A DNA stretch of 63,268 bases, counting the filler, from Perkinsus olseni (taxonomy: Eukaryota): NCBI GenBank assembly GCA_013115125.1. It is 7 parts of 7 records of this genome, joined end to end, with 100 filler letters (N's around TTAATTAATTAA, not from the genome) between each part and the next. Parts side by side here need not be neighbours in the genome. Positions count along the whole stretch, not along the records: positions 1 to 7,926 come from JABANN010000996.1; positions 8,027 to 15,950 come from JABANN010000997.1; 5 more parts are not named here. One strand, 5' to 3'. Positions 1-12,268 of the stretch are shown one piece after another; position 1 is the first letter of the stretch; every line of letters starts with the position of its first letter. The notes under the pieces are model-generated. The model did no database searches. It saw only the letters and a list, made by a program, of their open reading frames with translations, and had not been told where the DNA came from. The translations under genes were made by a program, and so were the position numbers.

Positions 1-300
1 GCATAACAGGAGGGGCTTTATTCTTAGCAATCTCGTGGTCCGAGTGGATACCGACGACCAGGACATCACATTGAGCTGAGGAGGAGTTGATGACCAACAG
101 CCCCCTACCGGTGGGTACCTTTAGCCTGCCGTATTGCGTTGTAATGGCCGCTGTGCATTATGTCGAAGCAGCCGTCTATGTATCCTCTCACCTGACCGGG
201 AGGGATGGTCATTATACAGGTACTGAGGTGCACCCACAGGCTGGTGATGTCCAGGGACAGTAGTAGTAGGAGGAGGAGAAGGAAGATCATGATTAGGCAT
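1..300 (-). CDS. Ethanolamine/choline-phosphate cytidylyltransferase (ECT/PCYT2-like), 5' part; 3 exons, runs off the window edge
   Basis: Exons 300-238, 191-119 and 75-1 with GT..AG introns 237-192 (46 nt) and 118-76 (43 nt) splice to MPNHDLPSPPPTTTVPGHHQP-VRGYIDGCFDIMHSGHYNAIRQAKA-QCDVLVVGIHSDHEIAKNKAPPVM. This has the HxGH and VVG.HSD motifs of the cytidylyltransferase family. Confidence 0.9.
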
Positions 301-920
301 CGTTGAGTGGGATGTGAAGAGGCACTGGGCACGAAGGCGCACAGGATCTCAAGAGCAGACGATGAAAGCTAGGCCTAGGATATCACTCCCCGTAATAAGA
401 ACACATTTGTACGACGACCTGCGGTATGAACTACTGCGGCAGAGGGGAGGGAGTCACTATCAGGAGATACCTGTTCCAGAGTTCAAAGGTTGTTAAGTAC
501 ACGCAGACGGCGATAGTTTCTGAAAACACCTGTACGCAAACGCTGAGCTCGGCACGATGCATCGCTATAACAGTAATAATATAACAGTAATAGTACTACT
601 ACGTATTGCAGCTTCCTGCCGACCTCCCGTAAACGCAGTTATTTAATGACGGAAACTCGCTGAATTACGGGAAGAGGGGAGCCTAGCCCGGAAACCGCCA
701 GGGTGAGCGACAAGCGACTGGCGATGAGAAGACACAAGCACGACGTCCGCACAAGCGCACTTCTCTGTAGTCGCGCTATGCTTCTCTGAGGAGCGACTAA
801 GTGGCCCGAAGGTTGTGAGGCTGGAAGTCATCAACAGATGGAGATCCATGATTGAGTGAACATAAAACGGCAACGTGAAGTCAAAATACGGGGCACATGA
901 ACAGAATTCGATACTCGCTA

Positions 921-1853
921 CTAGCGGGCCGCTAGGCAGCCTAGGCTTGGACAACACGCAGGCAAGTACGGATCTACAAAATGATCGATCGCACTGCGAA
1001 GAGGCCTGAACAATGTCCACTGCAGCCAGGATATGAGCCAGCCCAGCCATGCCTGGGGTTTGATATCAAGGAAGACTCGGCTCATCGGAAGAGCGTTCCG
1101 CAACTGCAGTTCCTCAGGCCCACTGAGCCCTATCAGATCGGTGGCTCCCGTCCACAGAATAAGGGAGGTGCTCGGTAACGCCTCCAGCAGCTTCACGAGC
1201 TCGGCCGAGCACGATAGTGCCAGCCTTGCAGAGAACGCAAATGTGATGTGACGACAGGCGACTTCGCCAGAAGTGGCCGACAACAGACCCTGACAAGACA
1301 CAAAGTACTTAGTGATACCCAACAGGGCTTGCCAGAGGTAGCGAAAACCACGGATGATCTCACAAATTCGGTCAGCTGCTTGATGACGTCCTGTCTCTCG
1401 GCCTCCCCAAATCTAGTGCCGATGTATCCTAGGCTCAAAACAGTAGCTTTGGTAGCAACATCGGCTAAGGCCTTCAGTGGTAGCTTCTTCTCACCAAACA
1501 CATCAGCATTCCACCATACCGGTACGTCTAGTTTTACCTTCGACACAAGATTCTCGATGGGCCCGACCAGCTTGCCCAGTTTGATGTCAATCTTGAGACC
1601 AACCCTCCACTCTTCTACCCCCGACAGCAGCTCGTCCAAGTAAAGGTCACTTGTAGTCTGCGATGGGTAGTGGCACATGATAACCCGACCGTCCTCGGAC
1701 AAGGCCCCAGCGTCCGACTCGTAAAACGCCATCAGCGGCAGCGGCCTTGAGCTCCGCCTGGGAGTCAACAGCGTGGGCCCAGGTTAGAGCACTAGGCTCC
1801 GGTATGTGGAGCAGTTGACAAAGGTCCTTAACGTATGAAGACAGTCCCACCAT
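921..1853 (-). pseudogene. FAM151/menorin-like (DUF2181, PLC-like phosphodiesterase fold) paralog A, frameshifted
   Basis: Motifs TWAHAVDS, FYESD, IMCHYP..SDL, GLKIDIK. Intron 1363-1290. Exon 1 is 490 nt versus 486 nt in paralog B, with the frame break near 1730-1745 (AELKAAA / MAFYESD). Could be an assembly error. Confidence 0.65.
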
Positions 1854-2129
1854 AAGCTTGCCTACATTGGCTGCTGTCCACATCAGCAGGGAACGAACAA
1901 CTGAGATCTCTGCCCTTGGTGTGGAAAACAGTAGTCGCTGGAAGGAGGGGCTAGAGCCTCTGGAGTTGATCGAATCAGACGATTGATTCAACTCAACATG
2001 ACGGTAGGTACAAATTATCAAACTTCAATTCTTCCCACGCCTGGTCTCGCGTGGCGCACAGACAAGGATGCACAAGATATTCGATTTGAATGCGGGGACA
2101 CGTCAGCATCATCGCTATGCCCATTGTAG

Positions 2130-2938
2130 CTAGGAGGCGAACCAGCCTAGCCACGTCTGGCGCTTGATGTCGAGGAAGACTCGGCTCATTGGGAGGGCCT
2201 GCCTCAGTCTCAGCTCTTCGGCCCTGGTCAGTCCTCTAGGGTCGTTCACTCCAGTCCAGAGAGTAAGAGAGGTACTGGGCAAAGCGTCGAGAAGTTCCAC
2301 CAGTTCAGTAGTGCACGACAACGCCAGCCTTGCAGAAAAGGCGAATGTGATGTGACGACAGGAGATCTCCCCGGATGCAGGCAACAGCAGGCCCTGACAA
2401 GAGGAAAGCGTCGAACAGTGGCTCGACGACAGGACGTGAGCTTCCGACTCACCGAGTCAGTCAACTGATTGATGACGTCCTGTCTCTCGGCTTTCCCAAA
2501 GCTAGTGCCGATGTATCCTAGGCTCAAAACGGTATCTTTGGTAGCAACATCGGCTAAGGCCTTCAATGGCATCTTCTTCTTGCCGAAAACATCAGCATTC
2601 CACCATACCGGTACGTCTAGTTTCACCCTCGACAGAAGATCCCCGATGGGCCCGACCAACTTCTCCAGTTTTATGTCAATCTTGAGACCAGTTTTCCGCT
2701 TTTCTCCCGCCGACAGAAGCTCGTCCAAGTAAAGGTCACTTGTCGTTTGTGTCGGGAAGTGGCACATGATAACCCGACCGTCCTCGGCCAAGGCCCCAGC
2801 GTCCGACTCGTAGAACATAGCATCAGCGGCTTCAAGCTCCGCTTGGGAGTCAACAGCGTGGGCCCAGGTAAGACTACTAGGCTCCGGTATGTGGAAGCAA
2901 TTACAGAGATCATCAACGTACGAGGACAACCCCACCAT
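2130..2938 (-). CDS. FAM151/menorin-like (DUF2181) paralog B, about 249 aa, 2 exons
   Basis: Exons 2938-2453 and 2393-2130 with a GTGAG..CAG intron 2452-2394. TWAHAVDSQAEL..MFYESD..IMCHFP..SDLYLDELL..KTGLKIDIK resembles the FAM151 pattern TWxHAxNS..MxEAD..IMAHPP..SD..KGIKLDFK. Confidence 0.75.
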
Positions 2939-3009
2939 GAGTGACCCTACAGCTGCCTTCCACATAAACAGGAAAACAAGCAACTGCCAACCTCCTTGAA
3001 GCCCCTCCC

Positions 3010-6000
3010 CCCTCCCAAGCCCACCCCACTATCATTGACGTGAAACCGGTGAATAGGGCAATGGTACAGCTTGACGTAGTTGACAGTACCCGCTACCAGC
3101 CGTATTTTTGAGCTGTCTGGCCCCTCTTGCCGGCCTGAGTCCCGAGGTCCAGCAGCCGCTTGGCACCGTTGTCGATGGTATCAGCAGCGAGCCAGTTGAT
3201 GTGATGCTTCCGTTTATGGTTCTGAGGGAACAACCACATCGTACTGCACGGGCGAGTCCGCCAGTGACGGAATTACCTTCCCGACTGATCCACCAGGATT
3301 CGCTTGTTTGGCGCCCTCAGTGGTATCATAGAAATCCCCAAGAGCGGCTTCTTGTACCTGCGTGTCAATACCAACAATCGCCCAAATCAGGCCCTCACCT
3401 TCTGAGCCTGCTCGTTAGCCTGCTGAGCTTCATACCAATGATCATCCTGCAGTGAACTTGGATCAATATCCTGTGCGGTTGCACCTGCCAACGACCACCT
3501 CAACCTCGAAGATTCCACCTCGTCACTGGCAGCAGCTACCGAGCTCCTGAATGTTCTTCAGCTCCCTGGAAGATACCCCTCCGAGGCCCCTCATCATCTC
3601 CACCATCTCACTACGCTTCTTGTTCTTCTTTAACGCCTCCGGCGGGTCCTCATCCCAGACACTAGTGCCGGCGCTGCTACCAGCCAAACTCACAGCCAGC
3701 AGCACGCCCTGACTACCCTACCTCGCCCGTGCATCCTCCTGGACCCCTCCCACATCGATGTCGACAGGGGCTAGCCCGCCAGTGAGGAGAGGTGCTATCA
3801 ACCCACTACCACTACTTCGGCTCTGGCCACTAGACGTGAGGGCCTGCTGTGTGTATTCAAAATCTAGATGCATCGTCCCAAAAATACCTTGGGATTCGCT
3901 GGCCGTCCTTCAGACTGCGATGGTGTCGCCGCGATAGTATCTGAGGTGGGCCACGGGGTAAGTTGGCGGTGCCCAGGCACTGGGAAACGAAGGCGGCCTA
4001 CCTGCAGTTCTCTGTTTCTTCCGTGACCCAACAGCGCTGTCATAATCCGCTAGAGCCGAGGTTGCTGAGGGTAGTGGGCCAGTGACCTTCTTCTTCCTGC
4101 AACACATATAGGTGCCAACGTCTCTAGAGGCACAATAACGCCCTTTGCAGGAGCTACTACGGCCGCTAGAGGGCACCGTTGTTATGACAGTGCCGAACCT
4201 ACTACCGCTCATCAGTGTCGCTCTCACTATCCGACGAAGAGGAGGCGCTGTTGTAGCCGGCCAGCATACTAGACGGAAGTGAGAGATCAGAAGCTATTAA
4301 GATGGTGAAGAGCCCTGTTGTTCGAGACTCCATGGCTCCGTCATCCCAACTCAACAACACTGCCGTTGTTGCTAGACACCAAACAGGCAACACAAGCACA
4401 GCGGGAGTAACATGATGACAGTACATCGGCTGTACTAACTCTAGGTCTACCTAGGGACCGGGCTCTCCTGAGATTGCAGCTCCTGGTCCTCAGTGGACCT
4501 GGTCCCGGATCCACCTGACTGGGCGATGCTCTCAGCGACGCCTCGTACCTAACAGCAATAGGTATCCTCAGAAAGGCGACAGCATCCTACCGTTTCCTCT
4601 ATAGTCCTCTGAGCTGCATGAGCGAATCGCCTCTGATGGAGGGCCAGGCCGGCTTCAACTCGTCGCCGCTCGACATGCGGCCATAACAACTGCTCCATGA
4701 GCCGGTTCAAGATCTGAGAAAGACCATCATCAACCTAAGATACTCTACCTGCCTACAGCGTCCTGTCCATGTTGCTCTTCCTCCATAGCGTTAAGCACCG
4801 GGTTAACAAATCGTGCTGTGGCCCGAGCTTCCCTGAGGTCATCCACAAACGCTGCATCTTCCTCTAGCGAGCACCCTTACTGCAGAGCCCGACGCTTAGC
4901 GCACTCCTCCAGACCCTCAGCCAAGGCATCGTCTACGAGGCTTTCAGCTTCCCTCTGAACCATAGTCCCGATACTGTTACGGAAGCTGTCCTCATACGAC
5001 CTGACCGCTGCCGCGCTGCCACTCTGAGAGGGATATGGAGGGGGCCTACCTCAGGCGAAGGGCGGCCTGGCGGTGACCAGCCTCCTTGCCCTCCCGCCTT
5101 CGTCTCACACCCTCAGCGTAGGTCGCCATCTAACAAGGGCTGCTGAGCATTGGCAGTCCACGCAGCGGCCCTACCTTGGCGACTCTGTTGTAGCCGACTT
5201 CACGGGAGTTCTCCTTAGCAATCTCGTCCAGAGCCCTACCCACTGATCGCCCTGAGACCGGTGATACCAGGGCGTCCACAGACGGCAGGATAGGTACCGA
5301 GCATGGTCTGGAAGGCGGCCTCCATCTGCACCGCTCGAGGAATCGGATCAGTTTGATCTATCTCCTCCGCGGACGTTTGTACCCCAGAGGAATCTGATAG
5401 TCGGCCAAGTTCACACTGCGAGTCCTCCCCGGCAACGCTGTTATGCGATCCACGCTTGCCCGATGGGAGTCAGGAAGCGTCCACAGCTGGCAGTACCACA
5501 CCAACGGCCTCTCCCCCCATTACGGTGTGCGTCCATGTGCATGAGTTCCTCTATAAGATGCCGCTTTTGGTCCCTCCCTTGGTGCCTGAGCAGCCCTCGT
5601 CGATGCACGACAACAACATCAGCATCACATCATCGTCTGCGCCGCTCGTCCTTTGAGAACTTTCGTGAGAGTCACCTTCGCCAGGTCGTCCGCATGCTCC
5701 ACTGGATGCTTCAACTTGACCTATAAAATACACTCCAACATCGTTCGGAGCGCTGTAGCCACCAACCCTAGGGGATTTAGGACCACGGCCAGGATCATCG
5801 TGCGCCTTCTCTCCAGTTTCATCCAACTCCTTTTCCTTCACATCATCCACCTTACCGATGATGCCTGACTCGGCCACTCCATCAAGCGCAAACCGCAGCC
5901 CCGGCATTACCACATTTCTCCAGCAACGGCAAACGATTGGGCTGGTTAAGTTCCTCGACGACCCTGACTGCTCGTAGCTTCTCCTTGTCCGATCCCAGCC

Positions 6001-7856
6001 ACACACGGAGCTGACTTCGAACATCAGTAGGCGGCTTCGGCATCTACCAATCGAGGTTGGCAGGCGGACCAGTTTCCGGGGAAGAGTGGTACCGTGAGAG
6101 CCTCCTCCATACCCGCACACTGGTCGAAATCTTTCTTCGCTGTCACCCTGTTGAGCGACGGCGCTAGAGTGTCACCGACATCACCGAAGGTTGGACCATC
6201 TCGGAGTGCCGGTGCCCATAACGATGAACTAGGGGACGAGTGCCTACAAGGAGCCGTCCGTGTGGGGCTGCTATTCTCCCATACAACGAGGCCGAGGCTA
6301 CCAAGTACGATGGGTTGGATTACACTAATGCTACGAGGTCGAAGCTGGTCAAACGTAGAGCCCGAAGATACTACCTGTCAATAACCTTGCCAAGCCTTCC
6401 CACAGGATCCCCTAAACTCCTTATAGAAGCCAGATCTCGAACCCTAGTGAAGTGAGCCTTCCGGAGACGCCTAGTCTGGTCAGTACGAGCACGGAGTAGC
6501 TGAGCAAACAAGACCATCATCATCATCATTTAAGGACTATCTCGCCATCACCTCCTTGCCATAGTCGTGCTCCATCTGCCCTCTTATGCTATTCAATTTA
6601 GCATCTATCTTCGCCTTATGCTCCCGGCGTAGGTCCGCCAAGGCCCTCTCCAAAGCCTGTGGCCAGTCGTGTGCATCATCATCACCAGCTCAAAAGGCAT
6701 CTCTCCACTACCTGGATCCTCCTGCTGTTGAGCTTATCAATTCGTCTATTCTTCCTCTCGAAGCGGAGAGCATCCCTAGCCTGGTTGTAGCCATCCCCTA
6801 CCAAACGCATGAATAACTTCCATCGTGAAGACGTGACGCGCCAGAAAGACATGCCTAATGATCCGCAGTAGATCATCTCTATGATAGAGACTCTATCATG
6901 TACAATAATGATACTGAACCAGCCACACAGGGACCAGTCCACAGATCGTGCAGCAACTAGTACTGGGCAGCATTCTGTCACGATGGGTTAATAATACGAT
7001 ATCGTGTATAAGAGATTGAACTACAGTGTTGAAGCCCTTACTCAGCTTACGGTCATTCTCATATTCCTTCTCCAGCCGTCGGTCCTCCTGCCGGAAGGAG
7101 CAATATGGCCACCACCAGCACTACGATGAGCCATGAAAGTGCATCTTACAATCATCTCATCAATAGCCTTCTCGCTGGGATAGAGACCACGATTGGCGTA
7201 GGTTAGCTGCTCCAAGCTAAGCAGCTCCCGTTGCCAGAATCTCTCTCTACTGCCATCAGGGGAGTCCAGTGGTGGCGAGTACCTAACGCCCTAGTGAACT
7301 GACTCAAGCACTGCTGAAGGTCCTCACGGCTCAGTCTGAGCCTCCACGTCTCGATAGCCGCTCTGGACGCCCACCGTCCGCGGCCCTACTGCTGGGGTCC
7401 GTGTGGATTCTAAAGGACTCCTATTGGTGCTGAGGAAGGACGTCTCGGCACCCTCGTCCACTACGACTACCCCAGCAGGCCTGACCACAACCGTGCTGCT
7501 GTCGGACTCAGAGGGGAGTGGCTCACGGCAATGGCTGGTATCCTGCTGTACCAGCGTTGAAGTACTTCGCTCGTTGCTTACCGGACACCGCCAACTGGGA
7601 GCTGTACCTGTCACCATCCCTGGCCTGCTGCTGCTTGCCTGCCCTCGTTCGATAGTACCATGATGTAGCCCTCTTCTCAGCTGCACTTATCTCCGTACCG
7701 ATCAACCGTTCAAAGGAAGGATTACCAACACGCAGCATCCCATGGAGTGGTGATAGAGGCTAACTGAGGTCAAGTCGTGTACCACCCTTGTGAAGGCCGG
7801 AACGGAGACGAGTGGAATCTAATTTCGTGGCGTATCTTGCGTGACGCCGTGACGCG
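3010..7856 (-). mobile_element. Heavily decayed LTR-retrotransposon internal region (Ty3/gypsy-like RT remnant near 3010-3300)
   Basis: Broken reading frames. Remnants such as WWISR..AVR...LRTIN and GARQL....SGYCQL / FTGFT resemble the N-terminal gypsy RT motifs. Abuts an LTR-like repeat at 7857. No intact ORF. Confidence 0.4.
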
Positions 7857-7926
7857 TGTTGTGGGTGCAGATTGCCTACTACCGGTGCTCCTCTACTCGG
7901 TTGGTTGGTCCTGAGTATGTCCCGAG
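7857..7926 (-). repeat. LTR-like repeat end, truncated by the contig end
   Basis: 70 bp starting TGTTGTGGG, 67/70 identical to 8046-8115 in the next contig. Similarity stops sharply at the TG. Confidence 0.65.
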
Positions 7927-8026
7927 NNNNNNNNNNNNNNNNNNNNNNNNNNNNNNNNNNNNNNNNNNNNTTAATTAATTAANNNNNNNNNNNNNNNNNN
8001 NNNNNNNNNNNNNNNNNNNNNNNNNN
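7927..8026. other. Artificial contig spacer N44-TTAATTAATTAA-N44
   Basis: The same six-frame-stop linker also occurs at 15951-16050, 23975-24074, 35973-36072, 46349-46448 and 55252-55351. Contig lengths decrease within the nuclear set and within the mitochondrial set. Confidence 0.98.
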
Positions 8027-8045
8027 ATTGGAGACGATTGGCGTA

Positions 8046-8576
8046 TGTTGTGGGTGCAGATTGCCTACTGCTGATGCTCCTCTACTCGGTTGGTTGGTCC
8101 TGAGTATGTCCCGAGCATTCCCCAAGGGTTTTGTCAAGTCCCGAGAGAGGTCAAACCCTCGGAGCCCTTATATGCGGAGCACAACTTGTTGTGTGTAGAG
8201 TGAATACGCGCATCGTAGGGAGAGTTTGGATGTCCTTCTTGTGCGGACCGCACAGAGTCCCTGTGGTGAGGGCGCGCAAGAGACATGGTATCTATGCACT
8301 GGCCTTGAGTTGACCGAGTGCCTCAGACTATCAGGCTTGGCGGTGGGACAGGTGGTCTACTGAACGGGTACGTTTCAGTTGCCTGTGAAAGGCGAGTTCT
8401 GTTCTTTCCTTCCTTGTTATCGATGCGTGCGTCTGAAGGTGCCGCAGAGACACTTCCGACAGCAAGTAATGCGACGTTCCTTATACCCATGCCTGATGTC
8501 CTTCTTTCTTGCTTGTACCCGTTCTGCCGTGTGATCGACTGAACTGTCTTCGACTCCAACCGTATTTGCGTTGTCA
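8046..8576 (-). repeat. LTR-like repeat of the same family as 7857-7926; right boundary tentative
   Basis: Begins TG with the shared 70-bp block. TATAAG on the minus strand near 8167-8172. Possible CA end at 8575-8576. No matching TSD seen. Confidence 0.4.
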
Positions 8577-8588
8577 CCCACCGATCCG

Positions 8589-9443
8589 GGGCCTATTTCA
8601 TAGGACGCTTTTTCTTAGGATCCTAAGGGGTTAGGACGTCTTTTTAGGCCTTATGGCTTTCACATGGACCGATTCCTAAGCTAAGGACGTGAGGATAGGA
8701 CATTAGGATCTTAACATTTAGGATTTAGGAATTAGGACGCGATTATGACATTAGGATAGGCGGTTAGGACGTATGAATTTCACAAGGCACTTTTCCTAAC
8801 GTTAGGACACGTTGTTTAGGACAACATCGTAAAGTACCTCGGGGGGGTACTTAATAGGCATCCTAACCGCGAAAATGGTAGTCGTGACACGTCCCGCTCC
8901 GCTAGAAGCTGCCTGGTTCTCTCCCGGCACATGTCAAATCTCCGGCACTTAGTGTTTTTCGGCGATAAATTTCCGCGCTTTGCGAAACAAAAGGGTGTGC
9001 ACTTGTGGGTCGGCGAGGTCGTGGCCGTCGTGTTCCATGTTATTCAATAACCGTTATTGGGAGATTGGGTTTCAGTGGCGTGCTCCGCATGACAGCTTGA
9101 GATTGCAGTACTCTTGGGAAGCATTTGTAGTTCCAGCGCTCGAAGTAGTTAGGAAATCTGTGATGTCAAGGGTTATAGCTCGGTAGGTTAGGTAACATGA
9201 TTATCGTTCGGTAGGTCCACGGTTCAAATCTAGGACCATACAGTCTTTGTTTTTTTTCTTAGGATGGTCGGTTAGGATGTCTTTATACCGAGATTAGGAC
9301 GTCTTTAAAATTAGGATCCTAATGTCCTTTGAGGATTTTCACGTGAAACCGCTTGACTCTTTTAAGGACGTCCTAAGGTTAGGATCCTATTTTTAAAGAC
9401 GTCCTAAATCCTAACGGGTTAGGATTTCTTGTGAAATAGGCCC
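8589..9443. mobile_element. Non-autonomous PIF/Harbinger-like DNA transposon (MITE), 855 bp
   Basis: 12-bp perfect TIR GGGCCTATTTCA (8589-8600; 9432-9443), extending to 15/17. 3-bp TSD CCG (8586-8588; 9444-9446). Dense subterminal TTAGGA(C/T)/TCCTAA motifs at both ends. No transposase ORF. Confidence 0.8.
9169..9257 (+). ncRNA. tRNA-derived Pol III cassette (pseudo-tRNA or SINE-like head) inside the MITE
   Basis: A-box TAGCTCGGTAGG 9176-9187, B-box GGTTCAAATC 9221-9230 at tRNA-like spacing, T8 run 9250-9257. Cloverleaf stems pair poorly, so not a canonical tRNA. Confidence 0.55.
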
Positions 9444-9833
9444 CCGGATTCGAAATGCCCTTACTGGAGTAAGGCTCGGTTCGTACGTAACGACCGGGCG
9501 GGCAGAGGATGGGCGGAATCAGTTAGTAAAACACGCTTCTGATGGCCCCCATAACTGTTCACCCGAACTCATTGCCCATCAACCTTAGGGCCAGACTCCA
9601 TTTGTCGGAGACACCCAGAAACCCCAGAGGTCCGCTCTATACGAGCGTCGCGGATGATTATTAATCAATGATTAATAAGCAGTGATTATTGGGCACAACT
9701 TTTTTACGGTCCAAGCCCATTCTACAGAACAGGCGAGGGAAAGATAGAAGATACAATGATCAAGCATCTTTCGCCGAAGCTACGAACCGCGCGACATAAA
9801 GCGTATTCAATCCGACGGGTGTATCTCAACTGA

Positions 9834-9930
9834 TCCAGTATAAATTCGTCCAGTGGTCATCTCACCCAAAGGTGCAACTCGTCCATCTCTGTGCGTCCAG
9901 TATGAATTCGTCCAGTATAATTCCATCCAG
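9834..9930 (+). repeat. Imperfect short repeats TCCAGTAT(A/G)AATTCG
   Basis: About five degenerate TCCAG-headed units, plus another TGATCCAGTAT near 9982. May lie in the 3' region or LTR of the adjacent retroelement. Confidence 0.5.
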
Positions 9931-10184
9931 CGTGACGGTTTCGACCATGAGGCATCCACCGTTTCCATGGGTTTTTTTATTTGATCCAGTATCATTTCAT
10001 CCAGGCATTACTCTTTGCGTGAACAGAACACGAACTCGTTGCAATCGCTCGAAACACACATCACTTCACGATCATCGTTATCGGACCAAATCGGATAATA
10101 GCATTCAGCCATAAGGACGAAAAGTAACTTCATACAGAGCGAGGCATTGGGATCATTGTTGAAGTGAAGAAATGATGATGAGTA

Positions 10185-10666
10185 TCAAAAGTGCTCAACT
10201 GGTGGAGTACTCCCGCCCGTGGGAACGGGCATAGCACCAAGATCACTCGTATCATGAATAGTAGAACGTCCTGAGCGTATACTTCCCCTAGCTCGAGTGA
10301 GAGCCTCGCTACAGGTCCTCAAATAAGTGATGTATTGAACGTCTGGCAGTCGTTGAGGATTAGGATGCCAAGAAGTCCCACAATACTCTGGAAAATTCGC
10401 ATTAAATGATCGAGCCAAAGTCTCCTCGCACTCCTTACGGCTTCTAGTAGGCTTACGATAACTATCCCCACATTGCAGCCGGTAGAAGAGCCTATCATAC
10501 TCATCGTACTGGTCAGTGATGACCAATGCAATATGATAGAACCCAGGGTGATGGATTGACAGAGTGTTATTGAGAGTATGGTGATGAGCCTCAGCTAAAT
10601 TAGACGTTCTCTCACTAGAACCGGCGTGGTTCCACTTAGTACAAGGAACACGAGAACACTTAGCAT
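10185..10666 (-). pseudogene. Broken accessory ORF 3' of the integrase, with a signal-peptide-like start
   Basis: ATG at 10666 gives MLSVLVFLVLSGTTPVL. Frame breaks lead to the 113-aa Cys-containing ORF 10526-10185. Confidence 0.3.
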
Positions 10667-11535
10667 CTTACACTTAGCATCATGAGAATCGCGACAGTCA
10701 AAATAACACAACGGTACACAAATTAGGGGCGCGCGCTTCGAGTAAACTGTTTGTGCTTGTGGAAAGCCAACTTCAGTATCTCAATCACAGATTACTACTT
10801 TGGGAGAACGGCTTCCGATACAGGTTTAGTAACACTGATGCCCTTAGCAGCAACGAACCACGATACCCATAAAAGGAATCATACGAACAACGGTGCACGG
10901 AGCACTGCAATCGATTACGCAATCGACAGAATTATAGCGCCAGCAACTCTGCTAACTGCACGAACCCCAATGAGGAAACACTCCCGGGGCGGCCGATAGC
11001 AGCGAATCGACCCAAATACGCAGCAGAAATAACGCGGAAAGAAGACGGCAGATTAATAAACTATATAACATGAGCCACACAATCAGTGCGCTCGGACACG
11101 TGCCGGGACAGCACGCAACCAAAGTCAGCAAGAAGCCGACAGAAACACACCATAGAACGTAATCAGATAAAATACATAACCAATAAGATGTAAGGGTCAT
11201 CAATTAAAAGCATCCCTCGGAACCACTTTCAAGTTTCCGAGAAATTCTGACTTGAGAACAGGACGACCCTCCCAATCAGTGCAGACCTTCAGAGTAGCCA
11301 CCGATCCAGAAATTGCGACGATTTCACAGACTTGATCCACCAGCCAACGGGTATCCAATTTGCCACGACGATTGAAGTTGTAACGGACAACATAATCACC
11401 AACGGCGAACTTCTTGAAAGTCACGCCTTGCCAACTGAGCACCCGCCAGAACTTGACGAGACGCTAATACGCGATCAATACTTTCAGCGGTATTAAATTG
11501 GATACAGTCAGCATGTCGATTTTGAGCGGCCTCAG

Positions 11536-12263
11536 TCAATTCTTAGTCATAGTAGAAACGAATTTAGCGGCCTCAGGAGTCATCACCCGATCATCATAAT
11601 TAGGTGGTAACGCACGACCATAACAGAAATGCAACTCAGCGGGGAAGATATCAGAGTCATCCGAGTGGCGATACACATGATTAATCGTCCAAGCAGCCCG
11701 ATCGACAACATCAAACCACTTCAACGTACGGGACTGATCACCAAGCAGTAAGGCACGAACTATCTGCAAGAACGTCTTGTGCAAGGTTTCGTACCAACCA
11801 TGAGCTCGTTCACACCTCGGAGGAGTCTGGTACCAACGAATACCACAAGACTTGAGCCAGGAAACTACCCTACCATCTGAGAAACGTTGATCCTGATCAC
11901 TCACTACTACAAGTAGATAACCACTTTCGTAGAAAGTAGATTGCAACGCCCTCAGCGTGCTAACACCATTAGCATAATCCGGGCACTTCTTGGCTACAAG
12001 AAATCCGCTGATCCGCACTCGATGATACATATCATCACCATAACCGCATCATCCGCACTGGTATGATTACCGTACGGAGACTTGAAAGGTCCCACGAAAT
12101 CACAGCTCAATAGTTCCCAACAGCGGCTAGACCTCAATACAGATCTGCCGACCTGGTGATGGAACGTACGATGAGACCTATTAGCAATACATACTCTACA
12201 ACTACGTTCATATCGGCGATACTCCTTCAACGAACCACAATAAAATATATGATAAGTACGCAA
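11536..12263 (-). pseudogene. Retroviral-type integrase, split over two frames
   Basis: CRVC of the HHCC finger (its His pair LHELFVHIG ends the preceding ORF), LSCDFVGPF, VVSDQD..F, WYQTPP...HGWYE (DDE triad). Confidence 0.85.
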
Positions 12264-12268
12264 GTAAC

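Noticed and set aside
7927-8026. TTAATTAATTAA palindromes within N runs as a biological motif, and adjacency of nuclear and mitochondrial DNA as a NUMT
   Set aside because: Identical 100-nt synthetic linkers join unrelated contigs, so adjacency carries no biological meaning.
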